Of a stretch of DNA of 64,000 nt, positions 36,254 through 47,000 are shown piece by piece. Source of the DNA: Bacteriovoracaceae bacterium. GTDB taxonomy: Bacteria > Bdellovibrionota > Bacteriovoracia > Bacteriovoracales > Bacteriovoracaceae. The stretch's first letter is position 1. Each line of letters begins with the position of its first letter. Both the position numbers and the translations under genes were made by a program. The notes under the pieces are model-generated. The model ran no database searches, was not told the DNA's origin, and was given only the letters and a program-made list of their open reading frames with translations. The DNA lies in assembly GCA_044377495.1 (NCBI GenBank), contig JBILYY010000001.1:24196-88195 (forward strand). The letters are read 5' to 3'.

Positions 36254-37720
36254 TTACTTGATAAAAAGAACTGCGTTTCCAGACATAATCATTACTTTTT
36301 CCCAGAATATCCCTAGAAATAGAACTGGGATAAATAGGGCAATAATGACTGCTTGGTTAGCTGGGGTGAATCCAAGAACCTTCACATCACCATCTGCTTG
36401 ACCAAAAATCATTGTTTTTGCCAATTTAACATAATAATAAAGTGCAATAACTGAGTTGATTGCTGCAACAATAGCTATCCCATACAATTTTTTTTCAATT
36501 ACAACCGAGAAAATATTAAATTTTGCCACAAATCCACTGAACGGAGGCATACCAGCGAGAGAAAATAGAACCGCTGCCATTATTATGGCCATTGTTGGAT
36601 GCTTATAAATTAAGCCCTTGAAAACGTCATGTGAGTCAGTTCCATACATGTCAGACAAGTGTGACGTTATATAAAAAGCAATTAGTGTCATGAACATGTA
36701 AACTATTCCGTAGAAAAGTATTGCTCTCACCCCTTGCTCGTTTAAAACAACGACACCCAGTATCATTAAGCCCACGTGGCCAATTGAAGAGAAGGCAAGA
36801 AGTCTTTTAACAGAAGTCTGGCCAATAGCAGTTACGTTACCAACGGTCATCGTCATGGCAGAAATAACTAGCATCAATCCTGTCCATGAAATACTTAAGG
36901 CAGAATTATTGTTAAAGAAAATAAAAGAAACACGAATCAATGCTGCAAGACCGGCCATTTTAGGAACAATTGCAAAAAATGAAGTTACTGGAATCGGGGA
37001 GCCTTGGTACACATCCGGTGTCCACATATGAAATGGGAAGACGGAAATCTTGTATCCAATACCAACAAAGAAGAACATAAAAGAAACGAGGACAATAAAT
37101 AGATTTGTTCCTTCTAGTCCCGGTAGTTTATCTACCATATCAACGAACTGAATCGACCCTAAAATGCCGTAAAGATGACTAATTCCATACAGAGCAACTC
37201 CGGCAGAAAGACCTCCGTAAAGTGCATACTTCATACCAGCTTCAGTTGAAGTAGATTCATCTCTTTTAAATGAAGCCATGACATATGAAAGAATAGATAA
37301 AGTTTCGATACCTAAATAAAGGGTTAGCATATTGTTGGCCGACGCCAAGAGCATCCCACCTAGCAATACTCCTACGGCCATAATTGCAAATTCAGATTTG
37401 AGATTCGTATAGATATCTTTCGAGGAATAGCTAAGGAAAATGGCTCCCATCGTTCCAAGAACCATAATAATCTTTATCAGCGTGCTGAAAGGATCGATCG
37501 TAATGGCATTGTGGAAAATAAACCTAGGAGCTTCACCGAGGTTTTGAAATAAAAAGAATAAGCAAATTGAAAGCATTGCCAAGGCATAGGCTATGATTTT
37601 ACCACGACTTCCATGTTCTTCTTTTACTGTAGATTCAGCTACCAATAGTGTCGTCATAAGCACAACGCAAATGATCTCAGGTATGTAATAGCTTAAAAAT
37701 CCAAAAAGCTGCTGTATCAC
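36254..37720 (-). CDS. nuoN: NADH-quinone oxidoreductase subunit N
   Basis: LYLGIETLS, EAGMKY, GYKISVFPFHMWTPDVYQG, KRLLAFSSIGH, LAGMPP. Confidence 0.93.
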   Translation of the reverse strand: MIQQLFGFLSYYIPEIICVVLMTTLLVAESTVKEEHGSRGKIIAYALAMLSICLFFLFQNLGEAPRFIFHNAITIDPFSTLIKIIMVLGTMGAIFLSYSSKDIYTNLKSEFAIMAVGVLLGGMLLASANNMLTLYLGIETLSILSYVMASFKRDESTSTEAGMKYALYGGLSAGVALYGISHLYGILGSIQFVDMVDKLPGLEGTNLFIVLVSFMFFFVGIGYKISVFPFHMWTPDVYQGSPIPVTSFFAIVPKMAGLAALIRVSFIFFNNNSALSISWTGLMLVISAMTMTVGNVTAIGQTSVKRLLAFSSIGHVGLMILGVVVLNEQGVRAILFYGIVYMFMTLIAFYITSHLSDMYGTDSHDVFKGLIYKHPTMAIIMAAVLFSLAGMPPFSGFVAKFNIFSVVIEKKLYGIAIVAAINSVIALYYYVKLAKTMIFGQADGDVKVLGFTPANQAVIIALFIPVLFLGIFWEKVMIMSGNAVLFIK

Positions 37721-37733
37721 AAAAGTACCTCGG

Positions 37734-39251
37734 TTAGAATTTCGCCATTAGGTCAACAAGTTGCCCAACAGAAGCTTTCATTACGTTCAAAAGTGGGCTT
37801 GGAAAAATACCAAACACAACTACACAAATACAAAGAGGAAGCATATAGAACACTTCGCGAGCATTCATATCATCATACTCTTCAGTTTCTGGGTTAACTT
37901 CCCCAAAGAACATCCGTTTGAACATCCAAAGCAAGTAAGCAGCACCGATCAAAAGACCAACAACTGCAATAACAGTAATTGTCGTGAACTTCTGATAAAT
38001 TCCTAAAAAGATCAAGGCTTCAGAGATAAAGCCAGATAAACCAGGAAGGCCTAGAGAGGCGAACATCCCAATAATAAATACGACTGTATACTTAGGAAGC
38101 TTCGTTGATAAACCGCCGTAGCCTTTTGAACCATCTGGCTTAACAATCCAACGGTGATGTGATCTTTCATAAAGAATTCCTACGAGTAAGAACATCATCG
38201 CTGTAGAAGTACCGTGGTTAAACATTTGAAGAACAGCACCATTCATACCCTGAGTTGTCATGGCCGAAAGACCAAGCATAACGAAGCCCATGTGAGAAAC
38301 TGAAGAGTAAGCAATTAATTTCTTCATATCATCCTGGGCCATGGCACAGAACGCTCCGTAAATAACAGAGATCAGACCTAACCAAGCAATGATGCTTGAA
38401 AAGTGAACCGCTGCTTGAGGAAAGATAGGGAATGCAATTCTTAGGAATCCATAAGTTCCCATTTTAAGTAGAACACCTGCGAGGATAACTGAAACCGCAG
38501 TAGGCGCTTGTACGTGTGCATGAGGTAACCATGTATGGAACGGGAAAACTGGAACCTTAATCGCAAAACCTAAAAACATAAACCAGAAGAATAAGTGTTC
38601 GAAAGAGAAGGTGTGTCCAAATATGCTGACTGTTTCGTTAACATATTTACCGCCCTGGTGAGCAAGAATGCTGAAAGAATCAACACCTTTTCCAGAAGCG
38701 TAATAAAGAGCAATGATACCAACCAACATGAAGATCGAACCAAAGAAAGTATAGAGAAAGAATTTGATTGCTGCATATTCTCTGTTTTCTCCCCCCCAAA
38801 TTCCGATAAGGAAAAACATCGGAAGAAGCATAACTTCCCAGTAAACATAGAAAAGGAAAAAATCCAGAGAAAAGAAAACTCCAAACACTGATGATTGAAG
38901 CATCAAGAGAAGAGCAAAATAAGCTTTTACGTTTTTCTCAACTGTCCAAGATGACAGAGTACAGATGAAGAAGAGTAGAGCATTTAGGAAAGTCATCAGC
39001 ATTGTTATGCCGTCAATTCCTAGATGATAGTTGATGTGGAACTGTTCAATCCACGGCACTTTAACAACAAACTGCATTGCAGCCGTTGAAGTGTCAAACT
39101 TCAAATAAAGCACTACTGTTAAAACCAGCACTATTGAAGTTGTACACAATGTAATCCAGCGAATGACATTGTCTTTCGCATTTGGAATAGCAATTGCTAC
39201 TACTGCCCCAATAATCGGTAACCATAAAATCCAATTAAGTATTCCGTTCAC
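37734..39251 (-). CDS. nuoM: NADH-quinone oxidoreductase subunit M
   Basis: FYVYWEVML, AAIKFFLYT, IKVPVFPFHTWLP.AH, LLKMG, KKLIAYSSVSHMG. Confidence 0.95.
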   Translation of the reverse strand: MNGILNWILWLPIIGAVVAIAIPNAKDNVIRWITLCTTSIVLVLTVVLYLKFDTSTAAMQFVVKVPWIEQFHINYHLGIDGITMLMTFLNALLFFICTLSSWTVEKNVKAYFALLLMLQSSVFGVFFSLDFFLFYVYWEVMLLPMFFLIGIWGGENREYAAIKFFLYTFFGSIFMLVGIIALYYASGKGVDSFSILAHQGGKYVNETVSIFGHTFSFEHLFFWFMFLGFAIKVPVFPFHTWLPHAHVQAPTAVSVILAGVLLKMGTYGFLRIAFPIFPQAAVHFSSIIAWLGLISVIYGAFCAMAQDDMKKLIAYSSVSHMGFVMLGLSAMTTQGMNGAVLQMFNHGTSTAMMFLLVGILYERSHHRWIVKPDGSKGYGGLSTKLPKYTVVFIIGMFASLGLPGLSGFISEALIFLGIYQKFTTITVIAVVGLLIGAAYLLWMFKRMFFGEVNPETEEYDDMNAREVFYMLPLCICVVVFGIFPSPLLNVMKASVGQLVDLMAKF

Positions 39252-39279
39252 AACGAACCTCTCTCTATAAAAAAACTAA

Positions 39280-41487
39280 CTAAATATTTAACGTCCAAAT
39301 ATAACTAGCAAGAACCATAATCAACATAATGAAGTAGAACTGGATCTTTCCTGATTGCACGATACGCAAAACCAAGTTAAAAAGATTTACAGCTACACCC
39401 GTACCATCTACACCAATTGCATCAACCACCACGTTATCAAACCATTTCGCAGATTTATAAAGCACGCGGTTTACAAATGCCATTCCATCTACAACGTAGC
39501 GATCGTAAATACCCATATCAATCCAGGCAAGTCCGCGGTTTAAACCAAGTAAGCCTTTTTTAATCAAAATATCTATATAGAATTCATCAAACCCATATTT
39601 ATTTTGAAGAGTTTTGGTAATTCCCGGGAATTTAGATGCCCATGGTTTAACAGAACCTTTGATGTACATAAGGAAGGCCAGAAAGACACCGGCGAAAGCA
39701 ATAAAGATTGAAGCAATTGCACCGATTGTGTGAGCAGAATGCAGCTTGTGCTCATCAGGATTTGGACCTGCATAACCAGTTTGGTGATGGTAATGAGCAT
39801 GCTCAAGATGAGTTTTATCTCTTGTATCTACTCTGCTGAAATCTTCACGTTTATGGTCTACAAATTTTTCAACAACGGGAGCTTCAACCAAAACTTTAAA
39901 CCATTCCGTTTTAGCACCAAAAACTTTACCGAAACTCTGGCCAGTTAAAGTACCGCAGAACCAGAAACCAAGAGTGAAAACGGCAAGGATTAGCAAAGGA
40001 ACGTTTTGACGAACATCAAGGTGCTCGTGATGAATTTCATGCCCATGAGTTTCGTGTCCGTGTGTATCTTTATGGCCACTACCGTGACCATGATCATCAT
40101 GAGTTCTGTTCTCACCATAGAAAGTTAAGAACATCATACGGAACATATAGAAAGCTGTTAGACCTGCAGCTGCGAAGCCAAGAATTGGAACGATCGCAAG
40201 AAGTGGGTTTTGACCAGACATGAAACCGTAATAAAGTGCATCACCTAGAATTCTGTCTTTAGACACAAATCCCGAGAAGAATGGAATACCGGAAATTGCA
40301 AGTGTACAGGCCATCATCGCAAAGTGTGTGTATGGAAGATACTTGCGAAGGCCACCAAGCTTAGGCATTTCCTGTTCGTGAACGGAGTGAATGATAGAGC
40401 CAGCTGACAAGAAAAGGCAGGCCTTGAAACAAGCATGGGTAATAAGATGCATGAAAGCAGCATTGTATGAACCAACACCAACACCCATTATCATATAACC
40501 AAGTTGTGAAAGTGTTGAATAAGCTAGTACTGCCTTAATATCTGTTTGAACTGTTGCAACCGTTGCTGCTCCAAAGGCAGTAATGGCACCAACCACAGCA
40601 ATAAACCAAGTGATGTCACCAAGAACCATTAATGGATACATACGAAGAGAAACCCAGACACCCGCAGTAACCATTGTAGCAGCATGAATCAGGGCAGAAC
40701 CGGGAGTTGGACCCATCATCGCATCCGGAAGCCACACATGAAGTGGGAATTGAGCTGATTTACCCATAGCTCCAAGAAAAATGCAAAGAGCAGTAAAAGT
40801 AGCAAAAGAAATCCCAAGAACTGTTTGACCAGCAAACTTACCTTCAGCGATGGCTGCGTAAATATCGACGTAGTTAACACTTCCAAGGAACATCCAAAGA
40901 GCCACGATACCTAATAGCAGGAATACGTCTCCCACTCGAGTAGTCATGAATGCTTTCAGTGAAGCGTCGCCAGCTTTTTCTTTCTGATTATAGATACCGA
41001 TAAGAGAGTACGAGCAAAAGCCCATGATTTCCCAAAAAATAAAGAGCGAGAAAAGATTGTCTGAAAGGACCAAACCAAGCATGGCAGAAGTAAACAGAGG
41101 AAGAAAGACAAAGAAGCGACCATGCTTCTCATCGTGATCCATATACCAGGTAGAAAATAGGTGGATCAAAAATGCAACACCAGACACCATGAGGAGCATA
41201 ATGGCCGTCATGTTATCTATATAGATACCCATATCTACTTTAAAAATAGTTGAAGCATGGTTAAGGTCAAACCATGTGAATGTTTTGTGAATAAAGAAGT
41301 CTGTCGCAAAATTGCCAAAGACAAAATCACCAAAAATTCTGGCAGAGAAAATAAAAGAGATAAAGATACTTAAAGTCGCTAACCAATCACCCTGACGAGG
41401 GAGTTTTCTTCCCAAAAAAGCATTAATAATAAATGCTATTACGGGAGAAAGAAAAATCGGCGCAATACTTCCAACGGTATATTCCAT
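39280..41487 (-). CDS. nuoL: NADH-quinone oxidoreductase subunit L with His-rich loops
   Basis: WEIMG, GKSAQFPLHVWLPDAM.GPTP.SALIHAATMV, KAVLAYSTLSQLG. Confidence 0.95.
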   Translation of the reverse strand: MEYTVGSIAPIFLSPVIAFIINAFLGRKLPRQGDWLATLSIFISFIFSARIFGDFVFGNFATDFFIHKTFTWFDLNHASTIFKVDMGIYIDNMTAIMLLMVSGVAFLIHLFSTWYMDHDEKHGRFFVFLPLFTSAMLGLVLSDNLFSLFIFWEIMGFCSYSLIGIYNQKEKAGDASLKAFMTTRVGDVFLLLGIVALWMFLGSVNYVDIYAAIAEGKFAGQTVLGISFATFTALCIFLGAMGKSAQFPLHVWLPDAMMGPTPGSALIHAATMVTAGVWVSLRMYPLMVLGDITWFIAVVGAITAFGAATVATVQTDIKAVLAYSTLSQLGYMIMGVGVGSYNAAFMHLITHACFKACLFLSAGSIIHSVHEQEMPKLGGLRKYLPYTHFAMMACTLAISGIPFFSGFVSKDRILGDALYYGFMSGQNPLLAIVPILGFAAAGLTAFYMFRMMFLTFYGENRTHDDHGHGSGHKDTHGHETHGHEIHHEHLDVRQNVPLLILAVFTLGFWFCGTLTGQSFGKVFGAKTEWFKVLVEAPVVEKFVDHKREDFSRVDTRDKTHLEHAHYHHQTGYAGPNPDEHKLHSAHTIGAIASIFIAFAGVFLAFLMYIKGSVKPWASKFPGITKTLQNKYGFDEFYIDILIKKGLLGLNRGLAWIDMGIYDRYVVDGMAFVNRVLYKSAKWFDNVVVDAIGVDGTGVAVNLFNLVLRIVQSGKIQFYFIMLIMVLASYIWTLNI

Positions 41488-41496
41488 TTTCGACCT

Positions 41497-41802
41497 TTAA
41501 TTTCTTAGCTGTGTGGCTTCATCTATATGTATTGTTTCTTTTATTTGGAAGAAACGTATAACTATAGCTAAACCAACAGCAGCTTCAGCAGCGGCTATTA
41601 CAATAATAAAAAGACTAAATATGTGGCCGTCTAAGTTATTTGTCACATAACGAGAGTAAGCGACAAAATTTAGAGCTGCAGCATTAAGTATTAACTCAAT
41701 ACCAAGAAGAATTGCGACGATATTTTTTCGTGCAATCATAACAACTAGTCCTACAACAAAGAGGATTAGAGAGATAATTAAATAAGAGGCAAGGCTCATC
41801 AT
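41497..41802 (-). CDS. nuoK: NADH-quinone oxidoreductase subunit K
   Basis: LLGIELILNAA, AAAEAAVGLAI. Confidence 0.95.
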   Translation of the reverse strand: MMSLASYLIISLILFVVGLVVMIARKNIVAILLGIELILNAAALNFVAYSRYVTNNLDGHIFSLFIIVIAAAEAAVGLAIVIRFFQIKETIHIDEATQLRN

Positions 41803-41814
41803 AGTGTTTCTCGC

Positions 41815-42351
41815 TTAATTTTGCTTACGTGGACGAGCAATTATTGCAGCTCCCACTAAGGCACCTAATAAAAGAACTGAGGACATTTCAAAAGCTAGAA
41901 CATGGTCCTTAACCAATAAATGCCCTATCTGTGTAACAGTTGAAGGAAATTCATTTGTGATTGTTTTTACCGGCAAGGTTTTTGTTAAGCCTCTTATAAG
42001 TTGGATGTTTGTAAGAAGAAAAACAACGCCAACCAGAAGACCTATGGCATATGTCCATTTATTTCCCATAGAGGCTGGAAGACCTAGAAGGTTTTGGGCC
42101 CGAGAAATAAAATCGTTTCCGCCTGTTAACATCACTGCGAAAAGCATAAGAATTACAACTCCACCGACGTAAACCATAATTTGTGTGATCGCAACAAAGT
42201 CAGCACCGAGTGTAGCGTAGAGACCTGCTATTCCCATTAAAGACCCAAGAAGAAAAACACATGAATGCATAATGTTTTTAACCATTAATACGCCCAAGGC
42301 ACATGAAACGGTTAAAACAGCCGAGCTGATAAAAAGAAATTGTAAAAACAT
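41815..42351 (-). CDS. nuoJ: NADH-quinone oxidoreductase subunit J
   Basis: QIMVYVGGVVILMLFAVML, FEMSSVLLL.ALVGA. Confidence 0.93.
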   Translation of the reverse strand: MFLQFLFISSAVLTVSCALGVLMVKNIMHSCVFLLGSLMGIAGLYATLGADFVAITQIMVYVGGVVILMLFAVMLTGGNDFISRAQNLLGLPASMGNKWTYAIGLLVGVVFLLTNIQLIRGLTKTLPVKTITNEFPSTVTQIGHLLVKDHVLAFEMSSVLLLGALVGAAIIARPRKQN

Positions 42352-42364
42352 CAGATACCTCTAG

Positions 42365-43480
42365 TTAGTGACTGCCCAAAACAAGCTCAGCAATAGATTT
42401 TCCATTAAAAACTACCATCCAAATCGCGCAACCCATTAAGTTAAAAATTGCGATTGGGGTAAGGTATTTCCAGCATACTGACATTAACTGATCCACACGA
42501 AGACGTGGAAGAGTCCAGCGAATCCAAATTACTACGTAATAAAGGACCAATGTTTTTGTCATAAAAATTACGAATTGAGCAGCTTGCATAGGAAGGATAT
42601 CAAGTTTAATTCCTGGGACATTATAACCACCAAGAAACAAAGAGGCAGCGACTCCGCAAACAACAAAGACCTCAATATATTCTGCAAGAGCGAAAAAACC
42701 AAATCTCATACCGGTATACTCAGTGTGATAACCTGAAACTAGTTCTGATTCCGCTTCTGGCAAGTCAAATGGGGCTCGGTTTGTTTCTGCTAAAGCACCT
42801 ACACTATAAACAAAGAAGGCAATAAATGCGAAAGGGTTATGAAACATAAACCATTCGTGTGGTAATCCACCCTGTCTACCTACAATTGTCCCGAATCCCA
42901 TTCCACCTGCAAGTAGTACAATTGCAAGAATGGAAATAGTAACAGGAATTTCGTAAGAAATAATTTGAGAAGCTCCTCTCATACCACCAAGCATTGACCA
43001 CTTGGAATTGGATGCATATCCGCCAAGAAACACACCCAGTCCAACTAAAGAAGAAATAGCGACGAGATAAAATATTCCGACGTTAAGGTCGGCCATAATA
43101 AAGCCAGAAGAGAATGGAAGTACAGCCAGAGTTGCAAAAACCCCGGTTAAACATAGAAGGGGAGCAAGATAAAAAAGTTTTTTGTCGGCAGTGAATGGCA
43201 TGATGTCTTCTTTAGTCATCATTTTCACACCATCGGCCAACATTTGAAGTAGGCCATAGGGCCCAACACGGTTAGGTCCAATTCTTGCTTGTAAATCGGC
43301 TGAGATTTTTCTTTCCGCGTATGTTCCCAGGCCACCAATCGTGGCGCACATACCAACGATAATTAGCGCCAATAGAAGATACAAGGTAAAGGCTAGAACT
43401 CCTTGATTGTTTCTAAAAAGAGCAAGAAGGAAATCATAGAATTCATACTGTGAAAGATAACTGACAACTGTTTGATTCAT
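42365..43480 (-). CDS. nuoH: NADH-quinone oxidoreductase subunit H
   Basis: ERK...QARIGPNRVG, ADGVK, ETNRAPFDLPEAESELVSGY, RWTLPR.RVDQ. Confidence 0.96.
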   Translation of the reverse strand: MNQTVVSYLSQYEFYDFLLALFRNNQGVLAFTLYLLLALIIVGMCATIGGLGTYAERKISADLQARIGPNRVGPYGLLQMLADGVKMMTKEDIMPFTADKKLFYLAPLLCLTGVFATLAVLPFSSGFIMADLNVGIFYLVAISSLVGLGVFLGGYASNSKWSMLGGMRGASQIISYEIPVTISILAIVLLAGGMGFGTIVGRQGGLPHEWFMFHNPFAFIAFFVYSVGALAETNRAPFDLPEAESELVSGYHTEYTGMRFGFFALAEYIEVFVVCGVAASLFLGGYNVPGIKLDILPMQAAQFVIFMTKTLVLYYVVIWIRWTLPRLRVDQLMSVCWKYLTPIAIFNLMGCAIWMVVFNGKSIAELVLGSH

Positions 43481-43491
43481 AAATGTGGACC

Positions 43492-43911
43492 TTATTTTGT
43501 TTCTTTTTTATGAGACTGCTGGAAGGATTTAACCCAATCTAAATCACCCTTTTTCCAGCAATAAGCAATGCCTTCAATCAAGACAGAAATGAAACTTAAG
43601 AAAATGATCAAGGCATAGCCACCTTGTCCCATATCATTAAGTTCTCTAAAAATTGAAGCGACAGGAAACATGAGAACCGATTCCACATCGAAAATAATAA
43701 AAATTAAACCGACCACATAAAAACGAACGTTAAACATAGACCAGGCAGAACCAACTGGTAGCTCACCACATTCATAGGGTGTCGATTTTAGATGCGAAGG
43801 CTTTTTAGGTGCCAAGACTACTGAAAGGTAATGTCCGCCAAAAAATAGCAAAACTGCTAATCCCATAAAAATAACAACAGGCATTAAGCCATCGAACTGT
43901 GCTGGTATCAT
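43492..43911 (-). CDS. nuoA: NADH-quinone oxidoreductase subunit A (ATG 43911 preferred over 43962)
   Basis: KSTPYECG, FYVVGLIFIIFDVE, WKKGDLDW; GGAG RBS. Confidence 0.94.
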   Translation of the reverse strand: MIPAQFDGLMPVVIFMGLAVLLFFGGHYLSVVLAPKKPSHLKSTPYECGELPVGSAWSMFNVRFYVVGLIFIIFDVESVLMFPVASIFRELNDMGQGGYALIIFLSFISVLIEGIAYCWKKGDLDWVKSFQQSHKKETK

Positions 43912-44062
43912 GGAAATCTCCACTGCAATACAATCATAAGAAAAAGTAGTTTTAAGATACAAAAGATGTTGAAAATAGGAAAGATGTTATTTCATCTGCT
44001 TGGATGTAAACTCCTAAAATAGAAGTTGGAAAAACAAACTTTTTTAATCGGATTTTAACGAT

Positions 44063-47000
44063 ATGTTATTTAGTGGCATTCATAGCAAACTCAAATATTG
44101 GAACGATCACCAACAACTTCTTCAACTGAAGGGGATTTCCCCCAATCAGTGGTGCCTTTTAGCAGCAAGTTATTTTAGTGATCAAATCTTTTCAACCTCC
44201 CATGTTCTTATTTGTTCAGATCAAGACGAAGCCGAGGAAGTTTATGAAGCGTTGAAGCATTTAAAGACCGTCTTTTTTTACCCAGGGCACAATCATTCTT
44301 TGTATAGCAGCATCTTAACATCTGAAAGTTCACTTTTGGCACGTTGGTCAGTCCTTCAAAGATTAGTGCAAGGTGAAAAGATAATCGTGGTCACTACGTG
44401 GGAAGCAGCTCTCATGCTGGGTCCAGATCCCGTCTTTTTCAAAGAAAAGTCTTTTACCTTTAAAAAAGACGATATTATTTCCCCCCTTGATCTTGCGAGC
44501 CGTTTAACTGAAATGGGTTATTTCCCTGCCTCAACTATTGAGGAGCCTGGAACATTTTCTAAGCGCGGAGAAATTTTTGATATTTATCCCGTTGCTCATC
44601 CTCCGGTAAGGCTCCATTATTTTGACGATTTAATTGAAGAGATATTTGGTATTGATTTGCAAACTCAAAAAACTGATCGTGAAAAATCTTTTCAAGAGGT
44701 TTGTTTAGTACCAGGCCCAGGATATTTATCTAAAGATCCCTTTGCCACAAACCTTCGGTCGAAACTTCCTCAACCCCAACCGCGCTTCAAAAACAGATAT
44801 GAAATCAGGAAACAAGTTTTCCAAAAAATGAGCGAAGGCCAACTTTTTGATAATTATCCATTATTTATTCCACTTTTTTTTGAACAACCTTACACCTTAA
44901 TTGATTACCTACACTCTGATGCCAAACTTACTTTCTTTAATGCCGATAATGGCCAAAAAAACTTCGATCTTTTTCTAGATCAACAGATTGATGATTATGC
45001 AGCTCTTCAAAGTGATGTTGAAAGTTCTTCCATTATTCCCGCGCCCGATTCTTTCTATCACAAAGAATTTAAAAACATCTCGCTCAAAACATTACATGTA
45101 GATCAACTTGATATTACCTTAGACCTGGACCAAAACCTAGATCGTGAATTACATTTAAACCTCGAAAAATTAAAAACCCATTTGCAAATAAAACTTCAGC
45201 GTGCTGGTGAAAACCCTGAAAATAAATTTGAATACATAAAAGGCAGCCTGAAAGTTTTAAAAAATGAACTTAAAAGCTATGGGCACCTGATCGTCACATA
45301 TAAATCAGAGAACGCTCGCCAAGAATTAAGTTACCTTTTGGAAGAAAATGGGCTTAACGCCATCGGTGACAGATTGCATTTTGTTTTTGGCAAGCTGGAT
45401 GAAGGTTTTTATTATAAAAACGAGAATACTTTCGTTTTATCAGAAAGTGATTTTTTTGCGATTAAAAAGAAGAAAACTAAACAGGTATCTTCAAGCAATA
45501 AAGATTTATTTGCGGAACAGCTCGCAACCCTCAAAATTAATGATTATGTAATTCACAGGGATTATGGAGTCGGAATATATAAGGGTCTTGAAACAATTCA
45601 GGCCATGGACCAACAAAACGATTATCTCGTTATCCTCTATGAAGATAACGATAAAGTTTATGTACCTGTTTATAAATTAAATCTGGTTCAAAAGCATGCA
45701 GATTCTTCTTCTGGGCTAAAAGTAGCTTCACTTAAATCGAAAAAATTTAGCGAACTTAAGGCCAAGGCACGCAACTCAGTCAAGAAACTAGCATTTGATT
45801 TAATTAGACTACAGGCTGAAAGAAAACTAGGAGGAGGATTTCCTTATTCACCTCCAGATCATCTGTTTAAAGAGTTTGAACTATCTTTCGCCTTTGAAGA
45901 AACTCCTGATCAATCAAAAGCTATAAATGACGTAATAGAGGATATGCAGCAACAATTCCCTATGGATCGCCTTGTTTGCGGAGATGTGGGATTTGGCAAA
46001 ACAGAAGTTGCGATGAGGGCCGCAATGAAAGCTGTTTTAGATAAAAAACAAGTTGTCATTTTAGTTCCAACGACAGTCTTGGCACTTCAGCATTACCATT
46101 CATTTACCAAGAGGTTTGAAAATTTTCCCGTTATCGTGGATTTTATTTCACGCTTTAAAACACCTAAAGAAAAATTACAAACCGTTCAAAAGGTTAAAGA
46201 AGGCAAGATTGATATTTTAATCGGAACACATGCAGTTCTCTCAGACAAATTGGAATATCATGATCTTGGACTTTTAATCATTGATGAAGAGCATCGATTT
46301 GGTGTGGGCCACAAAGAAAAATTGAAAGTTCTGAAAACTGGAATAGACGTGCTGACCATGACTGCAACACCTATTCCAAGAACCCTTCAGCTCTCATTTC
46401 TTGGTATCAGGGATTTATCTCTAATTCAGACTGCCCCACCAAGACGACAAGCAATTAAAACCTATATTATTAAAGAAGATGATCTCACTTTAAAGGCTGC
46501 TATTGAGAAGGAATTATCCAGAGGTGGGCAGGTTTATTATGTTCACAATAGAGTCCATGACATTGAAGAACATGAGCTCTACTTAAAAAAGCTGGTTCCG
46601 AAAGCAAGAGTTAGCGTTACTCATGGCCAGATGAACGAGCGCGAATTAGAAAAACGTATTAATGATTTTTATGATCATAAATCTGATATTTTACTCGCAA
46701 CAACTATAATTGAATCTGGGCTTGATATTCCTAATGCCAACACGATGATTATTGATCGTGCCGACACTTATGGGTTAGCACAACTGCATCAGTTGCGAGG
46801 AAGAATTGGTCGATCAGATCGTAAGGCCTATGCATACTTTATGGTTCCTGAAAATCGTTTGTTAAGTGAGTCATCCCAAAGAAGACTTCAGGCCTTGCAA
46901 ACTTATGCGGAAATGGGCGGCGGTTTTTCATTGGCATCTTCCGACATGGAAATTCGTGGAGCGGGCGATATTTTAGGTGCAGAACAGTCAGGACATATCG

